A stretch of DNA of 64,000 nt from an uncultured archaeon (GTDB lineage: Archaea; Thermoplasmatota; Thermoplasmata; Thermoplasmatales; Thermoplasmataceae). The position numbers and the translations under genes are program-made. The notes under the pieces are model-generated. The model did not search any database. It worked only from the letters and a program-made list of their open reading frames with translations, and was not told where the DNA came from. Of this stretch, positions 49,843 to 59,993 are shown piece after piece. Each line of letters starts with the position of its first letter. Position 1 is the first letter of the stretch. The stretch spans positions 1,536,001 through 1,600,000 of the forward strand of contig CP009479.1 in the NCBI GenBank assembly GCA_000965745.1, in the 5' to 3' direction.

Positions 49843-50784
49843 ATGAAGGCGATCTCATCCATAGCTTACAGCTCCTCAGCAAATCTCGGGCCGGGTTATG
49901 ACGTCCTCGCAATATCCCACAATGCTTATTATGACAGGGTGACTGTTTCCCAGGACGACAGGACCGGCGGACAGCAAATCAGGATATTGTCTGACAACAC
50001 CCCCCTTAAGACGGAGAATAATACTGCCGGCCTGGCACTTATAAATCTTTTCGAAGGTGAGGGCATAAAGGACAGTGTATCAGTTAAGATAGAGAAGGGG
50101 ATTCCGTTCGGCCTTGGCCTGGGCAGCAGCGGTGCCTCATCGGCGGCTGCTATCTTTTCCGCAAACACACTCTTCGAATTAGGCCTCTCCCTCGAAAAAA
50201 TCACATATTATGCGATGAGGGGGGAAATCGCCTCCTCTGGAAGCCCTCATGCGGACAACGTTTCAGCATCGATATACGGTGACATGGTAATAGTAAATTC
50301 TGTAGATCCGCTCAGGGTGAGGAAACTCAAAATCTCCGAGAAGTTCTCTTTCCTGACAATAATTCCACACGTATTCATTCCCAACAAAACTAAAATGGCC
50401 AGGGAAATGCTGCCGAAAACTGTTGAGATGAACAGGGTGATCCAGAACACAAGAAACCTCTCATCCCTTATGGCGGGCCTTGTATCTGGAGAAAGGGACC
50501 TGGTAAGGGGCGGAATGAATGACTGCATAGTTGAATATTCCAGGGCACCTCTGTTCCCCTTTTATAATGAGATAAAGGAGCTTGCCTTGAACTGTGAAGC
50601 AGCAGGGGTGTCAATTAGCGGTGCCGGCCCGTCAATACTCGTGGTATGTGATGAGCTTACAAACAGTGAAGATATAGAGAAGCAGACATCTGCAGTAATG
50701 GAGAAATATGGGTACAAATGGTCATCAGTCCGCTCTGATGTATGTGGAGGTGTGATCAACGAAAACGTCGACGCATATAGTTAA
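49843..50784 (+). CDS. thrB: Homoserine kinase
   Basis: SSANLGPGYD, PFGLGLGSSGAS, HADNV, ISGAGPS. Confidence 0.95.
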   Translation: MKAISSIAYSSSANLGPGYDVLAISHNAYYDRVTVSQDDRTGGQQIRILSDNTPLKTENNTAGLALINLFEGEGIKDSVSVKIEKGIPFGLGLGSSGASSAAAIFSANTLFELGLSLEKITYYAMRGEIASSGSPHADNVSASIYGDMVIVNSVDPLRVRKLKISEKFSFLTIIPHVFIPNKTKMAREMLPKTVEMNRVIQNTRNLSSLMAGLVSGERDLVRGGMNDCIVEYSRAPLFPFYNEIKELALNCEAAGVSISGAGPSILVVCDELTNSEDIEKQTSAVMEKYGYKWSSVRSDVCGGVINENVDAYS

Positions 50785-51874
50785 TGAGAGCATTGACCCT
50801 GAGACAGGTGCACTGACCTATCCAATATACCAGACAAGCGCCTATCTGCTTCCCAAGGGGGAAAGGTACAGGTACACAAGGGAAAGCAACCCTACAGTGG
50901 AAGAGCTCTCGAGAAAAGTCTCTTTGATAGAGGGATGCCCGTCAGGCTCATCCTTTTCATCCGGAATGGGGGCAATAACAAGCACTCTTCTATCTCTCCT
51001 TGAACCGGGATCCAACCTTCTTGTTGCAAGTGACATATTTGCCAGGAGCTTCAGGTTTGCAAGCGAGTTCCTGTCCAGATGGGGGGTAAATGTGACCGTG
51101 GCTGAACCTGGGACTGAGAACATAGTTTCTGCCATCGGGGGCAGAACCGATCTTATCTTTCTTGAAGGACTGTCGAACCCGACATTGAGAGTTAATGACA
51201 TACGGGAGATCTCAAGGGCAGCAAAGGAGAATGATTCTGCGCTCTTAGTTGATTCCACTTTCACGACCCCGGTAAACCAGAAACCGTACCTGCTTGGTGC
51301 GGACCTAGTGGTTCACAGCGCTTCCAAGTTTCTCGCAGGGCACAACGATGTAATAGCCGGTGTAGTGTCAGGAAGATCTGAACTCGTAGAAAAAGTGGAT
51401 GTTATGAGGCGGACTATGGGCTCGTCTCTCGATCCGCACGCCGCATTCCTTGTTCTTAGGGGACTGAAAACACTGCGTGTAAGAATGGATGCAATCAACA
51501 AGACGGCAATGGAGATTGCAAAGTATCTCGAGGAAAACCAGAAAATTTCCCGCGTGTATTACCCGGGGCTTAAATCACACCCGGACCATGATGTTGCCCA
51601 GCAGATACTTGATGGATTCGGCGGAGTGGTTTCATTCGACATAAAAGGGGGATCAAAGGATGCCCTTGAATTTCTGTCGAAACTCAAGCTTGTAATGCCC
51701 GCAAACACTCTTGGAGGGGTAAATTCGACTATATCTCATCCCAAGACAATGTCTCACCGCGGCCTCAATGACCAGGAACGCGCAAGGGCCGGCATAAATG
51801 AAAGCATGCTGAGATTGTCAGTCGGCCTTGAGCACTACGAGGACATTGTCAGCGATCTCACCTGTGCACTTTAG
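50759..51874 (+). CDS. metB: Cystathionine gamma-synthase family PLP enzyme
   Basis: TGALTYPIYQTSAY, YTRESNPT, SGMGA, HSASKFLAGHND; conserved N-terminus extends upstream of the ORF-track start to ACG 50759. Confidence 0.88.
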   Translation, partial: TKTSTHIVNESIDPETGALTYPIYQTSAYLLPKGERYRYTRESNPTVEELSRKVSLIEGCPSGSSFSSGMGAITSTLLSLLEPGSNLLVASDIFARSFRFASEFLSRWGVNVTVAEPGTENIVSAIGGRTDLIFLEGLSNPTLRVNDIREISRAAKENDSALLVDSTFTTPVNQKPYLLGADLVVHSASKFLAGHNDVIAGVVSGRSELVEKVDVMRRTMGSSLDPHAAFLVLRGLKTLRVRMDAINKTAMEIAKYLEENQKISRVYYPGLKSHPDHDVAQQILDGFGGVVSFDIKGGSKDALEFLSKLKLVMPANTLGGVNSTISHPKTMSHRGLNDQERARAGINESMLRLSVGLEHYEDIVSDLTCAL

Positions 51875-51883
51875 CCCGGCAGA

Positions 51884-52633
51884 TCAGACTATTAGCTCTC
51901 CATCCTCGGTAAGAAAGAACCTCACTTTCTCCTTTCCACTTTCGGTTTCAGCGTATAGCGTGACGTAATCTGCTGCGTTTGCTTCTGTCCTCGCAATTTC
52001 GCACAGATCTTTATAGTGCGAAACACCAAGTTGTGCAACGAATATAGGAACGGACTCACCCTTCCTGGCTGCTATCCTGTATCTGCTGCTGGACGAGTCA
52101 AAAGCCCTGACATAATCCCTTAGTTTTCCGGGTGCCGGGACATTGTGAAACCTCTCCACCCATTCCCTCCTTACACACAGGTTCACTTTCTTCTCAAACT
52201 TGTAAATTGTGGTCTGGCCCGAAACGGGGAGTCCAGAATAATCATTTGAAAATGTCTTCCTGTGGCACTCCTCGCAAAGTGTTATAAGATTCCTGAAAGT
52301 ATTTTTCCCGCCATCCTTCCTTGGAACTATGTGATGAACCTGGACCGCCAGATGAAGCTTGTTGTACTGATCCGCTGTGGAGAAATTGGAAAGCTCGCTT
52401 CGGCCGCATATCCTGCATGAGTAGTTATCCCTTATGAGGACAGCCTTTGAAGCCATGGGCCACTTCATCGATCTGCCTGAAGAATCGCCTGCGGGATCAA
52501 AATCAGCAACTTCAGTAATTCGTGATATGCCGGAAATTTCCTCAAGCCTGGATTCTGGAAGCTTAGGAACTTCTTTGTACGGGTTGTTCTGAATCAGTTT
52601 TTCAAGTTGAGGGTCCAAGGCGAACAATGCCAT
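51884..52633 (-). CDS. HNH endonuclease domain protein
   Basis: RDNYSCRICG..VHHIVP..GG.N..NLITLCEECH. Confidence 0.85.
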   Translation of the reverse strand: MALFALDPQLEKLIQNNPYKEVPKLPESRLEEISGISRITEVADFDPAGDSSGRSMKWPMASKAVLIRDNYSCRICGRSELSNFSTADQYNKLHLAVQVHHIVPRKDGGKNTFRNLITLCEECHRKTFSNDYSGLPVSGQTTIYKFEKKVNLCVRREWVERFHNVPAPGKLRDYVRAFDSSSSRYRIAARKGESVPIFVAQLGVSHYKDLCEIARTEANAADYVTLYAETESGKEKVRFFLTEDGELIV

Positions 52634-52638
52634 ATGAT

Positions 52639-53733
52639 CTATTCAGACAAATATTCTTCCGCTTCCTTCATGAATTCCGCATCCGGTTTTGTGTTAAAGG
52701 AGGTTACAACTTTCCCCCAGAGTGGACTTCCACCAGCGGATTCTGCAAACTCCTCGAGCATCTTCCTGTCTCTGGACATGACCACCAATGATGGTCCCGT
52801 ATCTGCAGTGTAATAGATACCCTCATTTTCCTCCCTGAATTTCTTGAGACTGTTGATCAGCTCAAGGCTAGCGGGGGTATGTATTACTGTTCCCCTGGAC
52901 ATTAGCAGTGAGTGCATCAGATACATGTCCTCTTCTGCGTGTTTCATCATGTCTTCCATGGGAAATCCCGAATCGAGCAGGTCAATTATTTTCTGGAATT
53001 TGTTGATCATCCACCTGGGGTAGAACGGTGATGAAAGTGCAATGTCATGTGCACCCTCTGTCCGAATCTCGTGAACTGCAGGAAAAGTCATGAAGCTGAA
53101 ATCTTTGAAGTCCACCGGTATATTGACCCCATGGCATCTGTCCTCCCTGATCCATGGGTATGAAAGCCAGAGGGAAAAGCCGCCCATAGCCGATCTTGTT
53201 CCGGATCCTGAGACAAGCCTCGCCAGTCTTGAGACAAAGGCATTATCTTTCACCGCCTCTTTTCCAAAGACATTGGCCGCCACAGCCCTTGCAGTAGAGG
53301 AAGCCACCGCTGCAGACTCCCCCAGCCCTTTGGCCTCGTCATAGCGCTTGATCCGCCTTATGTAGAACCTGAATGAGCCTCTTATGCCGAACAGCCCCTT
53401 GAAATAATTGACTGCCTTCCCCGCCCTGTTGATATACTTCTCACTGGTTTCGCCGTCCAGTGCCACTGAATCTATACCAGGTTCAGTCGAGTACCTGCAC
53501 GCGGTGAGCGTCCTGGAAAAGTCCGTGTTGAATGAAATAGAAGGAAAGTTTGCGATATTTACCTGTTTGTCAAAATACCCCAGGAATTTCTCAATTGCTG
53601 TAATGGGAAAGCCTTCGCCGTATGTGATTTTTCCATCTTCAAGTATGGGCTCGTATTTCTCAGGCTCCTTAAAGAGACCCTGTCCGACAAGACGGTCATA
53701 TATCTCTTCCCCTCTGTCCTTTAGCTCAACCAT
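52639..53733 (-). CDS. Diphosphomevalonate decarboxylase homologue, mevalonate-3,5-bisphosphate decarboxylase-like
   Basis: KFLGY..IANFPSISF, KGLGESAAVA, SGSGTRS, DTGPS; adjacent to M3P 5-kinase. Confidence 0.75.
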   Translation of the reverse strand: MVELKDRGEEIYDRLVGQGLFKEPEKYEPILEDGKITYGEGFPITAIEKFLGYFDKQVNIANFPSISFNTDFSRTLTACRYSTEPGIDSVALDGETSEKYINRAGKAVNYFKGLFGIRGSFRFYIRRIKRYDEAKGLGESAAVASSTARAVAANVFGKEAVKDNAFVSRLARLVSGSGTRSAMGGFSLWLSYPWIREDRCHGVNIPVDFKDFSFMTFPAVHEIRTEGAHDIALSSPFYPRWMINKFQKIIDLLDSGFPMEDMMKHAEEDMYLMHSLLMSRGTVIHTPASLELINSLKKFREENEGIYYTADTGPSLVVMSRDRKMLEEFAESAGGSPLWGKVVTSFNTKPDAEFMKEAEEYLSE

Positions 53734-53739
53734 TGGAAA

Positions 53740-54354
53740 TCATCCCATTTTTTCTTTGATGTGTTTTAGTATTCTCTCACGGGTATTTAAATAATCTATG
53801 TTGTCAAATGTAGCCACGTTGAACTTTTTGCACTCCCTCAGGGAGTAGTCCATCATAACCCTGTATACGTCAAGTTGCCTGGAAAGCCTCTGCCCTGGTG
53901 ACTTGAAGTGTGTGAATTCCTGCCGTTCGTTCAATCTTTTTTCATGCAATGTTCTGTCCGAAATGAAGAGGTATACCGGAAGAATTTCGTCTAATATTTC
54001 CGAATCCAGTTGGCTGGGAACAAAGTAAAGCGATTCCACTATGAGAGGTTCCCCATTGTCAAGGCTTCTTCGCAGAATGGCTGATACCCCTCTGTTGATA
54101 ACCTCAGCCTGTGATAAAAAACCTCTTTCTATGTTTTCCCTGGTCTTCTCTCCAAACATGGACCATGACTCGTAAACACTGCTTTTCAGCACATTAAATG
54201 AATCAAAATCCGAAAATGGCCTGATAAATTCCCTAAGATAGTCTCCGGAGAGAACTATGTCTATGCCAGTGTTGCTGGCGATATATCCGGAAATGCTGCT
54301 CTTTCCTACTCCCGGTATTCCGCCAATCAGTATTGTTGGGGATTTACCCGGCAT
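53740..54354 (-). CDS. Mevalonate-3-phosphate 5-kinase (2-phosphoglycerate kinase-like)
   Basis: GGIPGVGKS P-loop, SGDYLREFIR, SSVYESW. Confidence 0.78.
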   Translation of the reverse strand: MPGKSPTILIGGIPGVGKSSISGYIASNTGIDIVLSGDYLREFIRPFSDFDSFNVLKSSVYESWSMFGEKTRENIERGFLSQAEVINRGVSAILRRSLDNGEPLIVESLYFVPSQLDSEILDEILPVYLFISDRTLHEKRLNERQEFTHFKSPGQRLSRQLDVYRVMMDYSLRECKKFNVATFDNIDYLNTRERILKHIKEKMG

Positions 54355-54355
54355 C

Positions 54356-54970
54356 TCATTCAACCCCCCAAATCTTTTCAAGATCTCTTGTGTCTATAAC
54401 TTCCACTACCTGCGAGATCATGTCAAGCGACTGGAAGAATACTCTCTCAGAAAATGTGGAGGTCGCATCTGAGATCACAACGCTGTAAAAATCGTGCATT
54501 AGGGCCTCTGCAGCAGTTATGAAAACATCAACTTCAGTATAGAATCCGGCAATCATGACGGTGGTCTTGCCCATTTTCCTGATTTTCTCCGCCAATCCTG
54601 AACTGAAAAAGGCATCTTCCCTTTTCACCTCAATGGATGTGGAGTTTTTGTCCGGCAGGTATTTCTGAAATTCGTTCATGAATTTTGCATCAAGTGACGA
54701 CTTTGGGGCAGAATGTGCAGACCTGTTGAAGATCTTGCTGTCCCTGTATTCTGCCAGGTCTTCCGGGATGTCCGGGTCTTCGGCCAGATTTGCAAATATG
54801 GTCGGGATCTCGAATTTCCTGATCGCCCAGGAAAGGTAATCCATCCCCATTGTGAGTTCCATCTTGCTGAAACACTTCTCGAAGTTGTCCTCTGTGAAGT
54901 TCAGAAAAAGGATTGCGGCATGAGATGGTTCGACTATTCTTTCGATAGGGACCTTTCTCTGGAATTCCAT
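54356..54970 (-). CDS. Isochorismatase/cysteine-hydrolase-fold protein, catalytic residues degenerate
   Basis: K..DAFFSSGL..L...G.TT.MIAGFYTEVDV..TA..A....F.SVVISDATS. Confidence 0.75.
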   Translation of the reverse strand: MEFQRKVPIERIVEPSHAAILFLNFTEDNFEKCFSKMELTMGMDYLSWAIRKFEIPTIFANLAEDPDIPEDLAEYRDSKIFNRSAHSAPKSSLDAKFMNEFQKYLPDKNSTSIEVKREDAFFSSGLAEKIRKMGKTTVMIAGFYTEVDVFITAAEALMHDFYSVVISDATSTFSERVFFQSLDMISQVVEVIDTRDLEKIWGVE

Positions 54971-55152
54971 AAGGGGTAAAGGGCAGTATTTATTTTTAAT
55001 TTAGTGCACATGGTTGCCATTTATAGGCGTAAATTCGGAGAATGCTGGGGTTGATGACTTATTATAGTCAGCGGCTCTGAAACTGGCCAATAAGCCGTTA
55101 CAACTGATATGATTGTAATTCAGAAGTTCAAGCACACGCCGTATAATTCAGC

Positions 55153-55704
55153 CTACTTGTGATATTTATCTGTTATCTCATCCATTGTAAGCCCGCTTAC
55201 AGCTGAATAATCATAATTCCTGGCATCGTATCCTTCTTCGCAAAACTCATCCTTGTGCTTGATCAGCAGCCATGCCTCCTTTCCACCAATCCCCTTTGTT
55301 CTCACGAGGGCGAAAGATCCGCGTAGTTTGCTGCCATAGAGCCGGAATTTAAGGTTCCCTTCCTCAAGGCTTCTGGCTGCAACTTCATGAGCTTCCGAGA
55401 TATCGGTGATCTCTCTTCTTACACCTTTGCTTATCTCTGTCTCCGGCCAGTACGTCCCTTCATCCCATACCATGACAGTCCCAGAACCGTACTTGCTTTC
55501 CGGTATCACTCCCTCGAAATGTCGGTAATCCATTTCGTGGTCACCGGTAACCATTGCAAGCCGTTTTACCTTGTTGTCAAGGGTGGGACCTTTGGGCACC
55601 GACCAGGAGGGCATTACTCCCCCTATTTCCAGCCTGAAGTCATAGTGCAGCGAAGTGGCTTTGTGTTTTTGGACAACAAAAACAAGTTTCTGACTCTCAC
55701 TCAA
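55153..55704 (-). CDS. Stand-alone LigD 3'-phosphoesterase domain protein
   Basis: FVVQKHKATSLHYDFRLE, SWSVPKGP, KRLA..DH..Y..FEG, YGSG.V.VWD.G; TTG start assumed. Confidence 0.88.
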   Translation of the reverse strand: MSESQKLVFVVQKHKATSLHYDFRLEIGGVMPSWSVPKGPTLDNKVKRLAMVTGDHEMDYRHFEGVIPESKYGSGTVMVWDEGTYWPETEISKGVRREITDISEAHEVAARSLEEGNLKFRLYGSKLRGSFALVRTKGIGGKEAWLLIKHKDEFCEEGYDARNYDYSAVSGLTMDEITDKYHK

Positions 55705-55817
55705 TGTATTTAGAAATGCAATTGAAAATATAACAGTATTCGGTTGCAAATACAACCCTGAGCTATCAGTCAATGGCTCCATTTATGGAATGGGGTTTAT
55801 TCGTTGTGGAATAGCAG

Positions 55818-57068
55818 TCAGTTCAGGTATCTGCCCCATCCGTCAGGCATCTGCCTGCCGTATTCAACCTTTTCAGCATCCAGAAATCTGGCAAAATCAT
55901 CAATGGTTATTCCAAGATGGTCGGGTATTTCGCGGTCTGATTCAAAACCCTGCTCTGCATGCACGGAATTTATCCTCAACACCTTATTCTCCTTGTCCAA
56001 TTTGGCGTCGATCCTTCCCACAAGTCTGTCTTTCCAGAGTACGGGCAGAACATATGTCCCATACTTTCTTTTTTCTTTAGGAACGAACTGTTCCAGGATA
56101 TAATCAAAATTGAACATTCTTCTGGCTCTTTCCCTTATTGTAATCAAGTTGTCGAAAGGAGACAGAAGTTTCATGGGACTATCATATTTTCCGGAATCAA
56201 TGGAATCCACCAACGGGATATCATCCGCATGAATGTACGACTGCTTCCCTCTTTTCTCGCCTTCTATTTTCACCTTAATGATTCTTGACCCCGACTCAAG
56301 ATCTTTCAGTGTGTTCTCCAAGTTCCAGTAACGACCTCTGACGAAGTACCTGACAATGTCGAAGGCAGGAGCAATGCCCAATGCCCGGATTGATTTCTGT
56401 GCAGTCTGCTGTTCCAGCTCATCCCAGTCCAGTTCATTCCTCTCTGCCCACTGAGGAAGGAATTGGTCGGTGAGTGACCACAAATTCTGGTTGCCTGCAT
56501 GCCCGGACACCATAACCTGACCCATCATATGGAGGTGGTGCAGCATTGTGGTAACCTCGTTTCCCGATGACCAGCCGTCCTCACTCTTCCTCCTGGCACC
56601 AATCCCTTTGAATTGCTTAATCTCGGCCGGACCCTCCTTGAGTTTCCTAACAACCTTTTCACTCAGCTTCCTGTGGTTTCCGATGAAATCCTCTGCATCC
56701 TTTATGTGTGACTTCCACCATCTGCCAAGTGATTTGGGGTATCCTTTCATCAGAGTGTAGAAGAGAGGGTAATCTTCAGTGAGTACAAGAACTGCGATTG
56801 GAGTCCAGTGCAGGAATGCATTCTTCTCTTCCCACATAATCTTATCCAAATCGGACCAGTTAAAGTGCCCCAATCTGCTCCAGATGGATATCAGGTGCGA
56901 TGGTGCAACTACTGTGACAGGGTCCCACTGGATGTAGGACAGATCTTTTATGAGGGCTGTAATCTGTCCTTTAAAATCGCCTTTTATTGCATCGCCGGCA
57001 AGGTGCTGTTTGGCTATGAAAAGCCTCCTTGCTTTCTCAGGAGTAAGTGTGAGGGTTTCACTATTCAT
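55818..57068 (-). CDS. YcaQ/AlkZ-family interstrand-crosslink DNA glycosylase (HTH_42)
   Basis: IQWDPVTVVAPSH..WSR, LLSPFDNL, KRKYG.YVLP, VGRID. Confidence 0.87.
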   Translation of the reverse strand: MNSETLTLTPEKARRLFIAKQHLAGDAIKGDFKGQITALIKDLSYIQWDPVTVVAPSHLISIWSRLGHFNWSDLDKIMWEEKNAFLHWTPIAVLVLTEDYPLFYTLMKGYPKSLGRWWKSHIKDAEDFIGNHRKLSEKVVRKLKEGPAEIKQFKGIGARRKSEDGWSSGNEVTTMLHHLHMMGQVMVSGHAGNQNLWSLTDQFLPQWAERNELDWDELEQQTAQKSIRALGIAPAFDIVRYFVRGRYWNLENTLKDLESGSRIIKVKIEGEKRGKQSYIHADDIPLVDSIDSGKYDSPMKLLSPFDNLITIRERARRMFNFDYILEQFVPKEKRKYGTYVLPVLWKDRLVGRIDAKLDKENKVLRINSVHAEQGFESDREIPDHLGITIDDFARFLDAEKVEYGRQMPDGWGRYLN

Positions 57069-57385
57069 TAGGGAGCAATCTGTTCATAATCACCTTTTAT
57101 ATATACTTACTTAATAGTAATTCAAACCTCTAACTTCTATATTGAAGCATGTGGTCGGTTGGCCTACTTGTCGACGTGATATTGTTAGCCACTCCATTCT
57201 ATACATGATTCATTTCGGCAACGGAGTTTCCAGTTGTTCTACGAAAGCGCGGCCCTTGTCGCTACCAAAGGTCCTTATCGTCCATCTCGGTAAATCTCGT
57301 GAAGATTCAACCATGACTGAATCACTCGCAAATCTAACAAGCACCGCATATGCGTAAGCTAATGTTACTGCAGTTGCCAGAGGTT

Positions 57386-58033
57386 CTACCGCGAATTCCA
57401 TCTGAAAGGTGGCAATGTGAGAGCTTTCTCGAAATCGGAACGCGAGTGTATCGGGCTGTCGGTGAAATGTGATACAATCACTCTCTCGAATGGAAGAATC
57501 AGCATTTCCCTTAGTGCCGGAATTTCTCTCTCCTTGTGCCATGGTGAGTCCCAGACTCTCAATTCTCCCCCATGTTCTGTAAGGGCGTCCCCAAACACGA
57601 TAGTTCGATGTTCCGGAAAGTATATTGGCGTTTCTGCCCGTCCTCTGGCATCATACAACGGCATAAGCCTGCCCGGAAGCTCTGTACCCGCTGTAACCGG
57701 CTTAAGGTCTGTATCTGGAACCTGGTCGCGGAAAAAGAACATTGGGCCGTAAGCTTCTACCGAATGCTGTGCAAAGAACATGTCTATGTCACGCACATGG
57801 TCGGGCATGGTGACTACAGCCATGGTTGGCGGCCTGGAATCAAGCCTATCCCAGAGTCCTATGCAATCTAGTGACGGTGCAATTGGATCAATCAATATCC
57901 TTTCACCACCTGATTCGACAAAAGTTGAGGCCACCACTTGGGGGTAATCATCATCTTTTGTCCAGAACGGATGCCTTGCACACCATATCCATAATCCGGG
58001 TAGCAATTCTTGAATGCCAACTTTTGTTTTCAC
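57386..58033 (-). CDS. Metallo-beta-lactamase-fold protein
   Basis: ILIDP, T..DHVRD, FGDAL, IVSH. Confidence 0.7.
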   Translation of the reverse strand: MKTKVGIQELLPGLWIWCARHPFWTKDDDYPQVVASTFVESGGERILIDPIAPSLDCIGLWDRLDSRPPTMAVVTMPDHVRDIDMFFAQHSVEAYGPMFFFRDQVPDTDLKPVTAGTELPGRLMPLYDARGRAETPIYFPEHRTIVFGDALTEHGGELRVWDSPWHKEREIPALREMLILPFERVIVSHFTDSPIHSRSDFEKALTLPPFRWNSR

Positions 58034-58414
58034 AAGGTAATTATATCACATCAGTTATGAAATATCGTATTCAATGAAGTCAAATATTTCATTTTCCGCA
58101 ATCATAACTTGTGCCCCACCTCTCTTTCCCAAATTCTGCATCCTGAAGTTAGAAAGGGTGGATGAGGATCTAGGCCCATTCAAAGGGCTCAATTGTTTCT
58201 TGAAGGAATGGAATGAAATCTGAGTAAACTCTCTTTGTGACGTCATTAGCTGGGATTCTGCCTCAGGGCAAAAAATAACTCTACTTGTGCAATGCCACCC
58301 GAGGTTCTCACACTCTCCATTATTCGAAAATAATTATTGGATTTCAAAAATATCGTCCAATCGCATATTTGTGCCAGGGACATCGAGAATTCAGTGGATA
58401 GGTCAGGTCAGGCA

Positions 58415-59377
58415 TCACTTACCAAGCAGGAATTCCAAGTTTCTTTCTACCAACTGCTGGAAATTTTCTGGATATTCATGGGCTATTCCTGGAATTATGT
58501 CGATCCTGCAGCCTATTCCGTTGCCTTCCAACATTCTGTATAACTGCTTTGTCCCTTCTAGGCATTCCGAATCATTTTCCCCTACAATCAGGTATCCTCT
58601 TCCTTTTTCCGAACTGAAAGTCTGTACCGGGGTTTCCAGTTCAGAGGGGTTATCCAGGTAAGGCCCCATAAGAATGAATTTCTTGAATGGTATGATTTGG
58701 CCTAGGCACAATTTTGCAGCAAGTGCACCGCCCATAGAGAATCCCGCAATGATGGACTTTTCGTCATCAATGCTGTACTTTTCATGAATATACTCCAAAT
58801 GAGCCTTAATTTCAGGAATGGATATCATGAAGTCGTTCCAGACATAGGCACCTGAAAGGACCTCCTGGCTGGATTGAGGAGTCGCTACAAGCCACCCTTT
58901 ATCAGCCATGAACTTCCATTCTTCAATCGCATCCTCTGCTGATTGATTGTTTCCATGCAGGGCAATTATCAAAGGCAAGGGCTGAGATGAACCCGGGTTA
59001 TAGTCTGAAGGTTCAAGAATCTTCAACACCGGTTTACTTTTTATCCTGCATTCTTCAGCAAGATCAGAGTTCTTTTTCACTACCGCCTTGAATCTTGCAT
59101 CACCACGCAGGCTCTGAAGGTCCGGCTCTTCCTGAAGCTGTTTGGGGTCTGCCCAGTACCCGTTTTGGACTGCCTCTTCCATGAGTGCCAATGCCTCTTC
59201 CCTGTCACCCATCAGATTTTGAATGCAATAGGCATAATAGTAGAGAATCCCTTCTTTTCCGGGGTTATTGCGCAATAGCTCATTTGCTGTCGCTAAGGCT
59301 TCTCCGTATCTCTTCTGGCTGTAGAGATTCAATATCTGCTTCTCTTTTTCTTGAAATTCAGTCGATATATAAGGCAC
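58415..59377 (-). CDS. TPR-like N-terminus fused to alpha/beta hydrolase (carboxylesterase-like)
   Basis: EPDLQSLR TPR-end motif; LHG, GFSMGG nucleophile, GEND, AHEYP. Confidence 0.8.
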   Translation of the reverse strand: MPYISTEFQEKEKQILNLYSQKRYGEALATANELLRNNPGKEGILYYYAYCIQNLMGDREEALALMEEAVQNGYWADPKQLQEEPDLQSLRGDARFKAVVKKNSDLAEECRIKSKPVLKILEPSDYNPGSSQPLPLIIALHGNNQSAEDAIEEWKFMADKGWLVATPQSSQEVLSGAYVWNDFMISIPEIKAHLEYIHEKYSIDDEKSIIAGFSMGGALAAKLCLGQIIPFKKFILMGPYLDNPSELETPVQTFSSEKGRGYLIVGENDSECLEGTKQLYRMLEGNGIGCRIDIIPGIAHEYPENFQQLVERNLEFLLGK

Positions 59378-59611
59378 CCTCTGGACTTAATTTACCTATT
59401 ATCATTAAAAGGCTTACCCCATCACTTAAGCGTCAAATCATCAGGGACTAGTCTTTGTTAGCGGGTCATTGTTAATTTATCCCATTTTGCAAGGAATAGG
59501 ATCCCGCCCAAGAGGTCCAAATCCGCTCTGACAACATTAAGGAATGTCGCCGTAAATGTTATCTCATTAACTCGCAGTGACATCCAGGATTTTGTGGATT
59601 GAGGGAGAGAG

Positions 59612-59951
59612 TTGAATCAAGGAGAAATCTGGTTAGTGAATCTTACAACAACTGTTGGTGATGAGATCACAAAAACTAGGCCTTGTGTGATTGTTAGCAG
59701 CAACGAGTTAGGAATATTGCCCTTGAAGGTAATTGCTCCAATTAGATTATGAGACGCATTATGGTTCTGTACCCTGGATCGTGGAATTGCCTCCAGACTG
59801 TGTAAATAACTTGTCCAGGAGGTCAGTGGTAGATTTATTTCAATTAAGGTCAGTTTCACAGGTGAGATTAATCCGGGAATTAGGAAAAGTGACCGACGAG
59901 GAATTTCAAAAAATCATAGAAGCTACTAAGATTATTTTTGGGATTTATTGA
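59612..59951 (+). pseudogene. Frameshifted PemK/MazF toxin
   Basis: QGEIWLVNL..GDEITKTRPCVIVS..VIAPI, frameshift near 59744, continues DYETH..QLRSVS..R..ELGKV; antitoxin 3' remnant upstream. Confidence 0.85.
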
Positions 59952-59993
59952 TCTATCGTTACAAACCTTGAAAAATTAACCATCTTAGGACGT

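Noticed and set aside
434-58661. Numerous ORF-track entries antisense to or overlapping well-supported genes (e.g. 763-1209, 24133-24618, 45684-46067)
   Set aside because: Shadow ORFs with Ser/Ile/Pro-rich antisense composition and no motifs
59505-59535. AGAGG-TCCAAAT-CCGCT as a tRNA T-arm/att remnant
   Set aside because: Loop and stem both mismatched and no acceptor-stem match to the tRNA-Leu fragment
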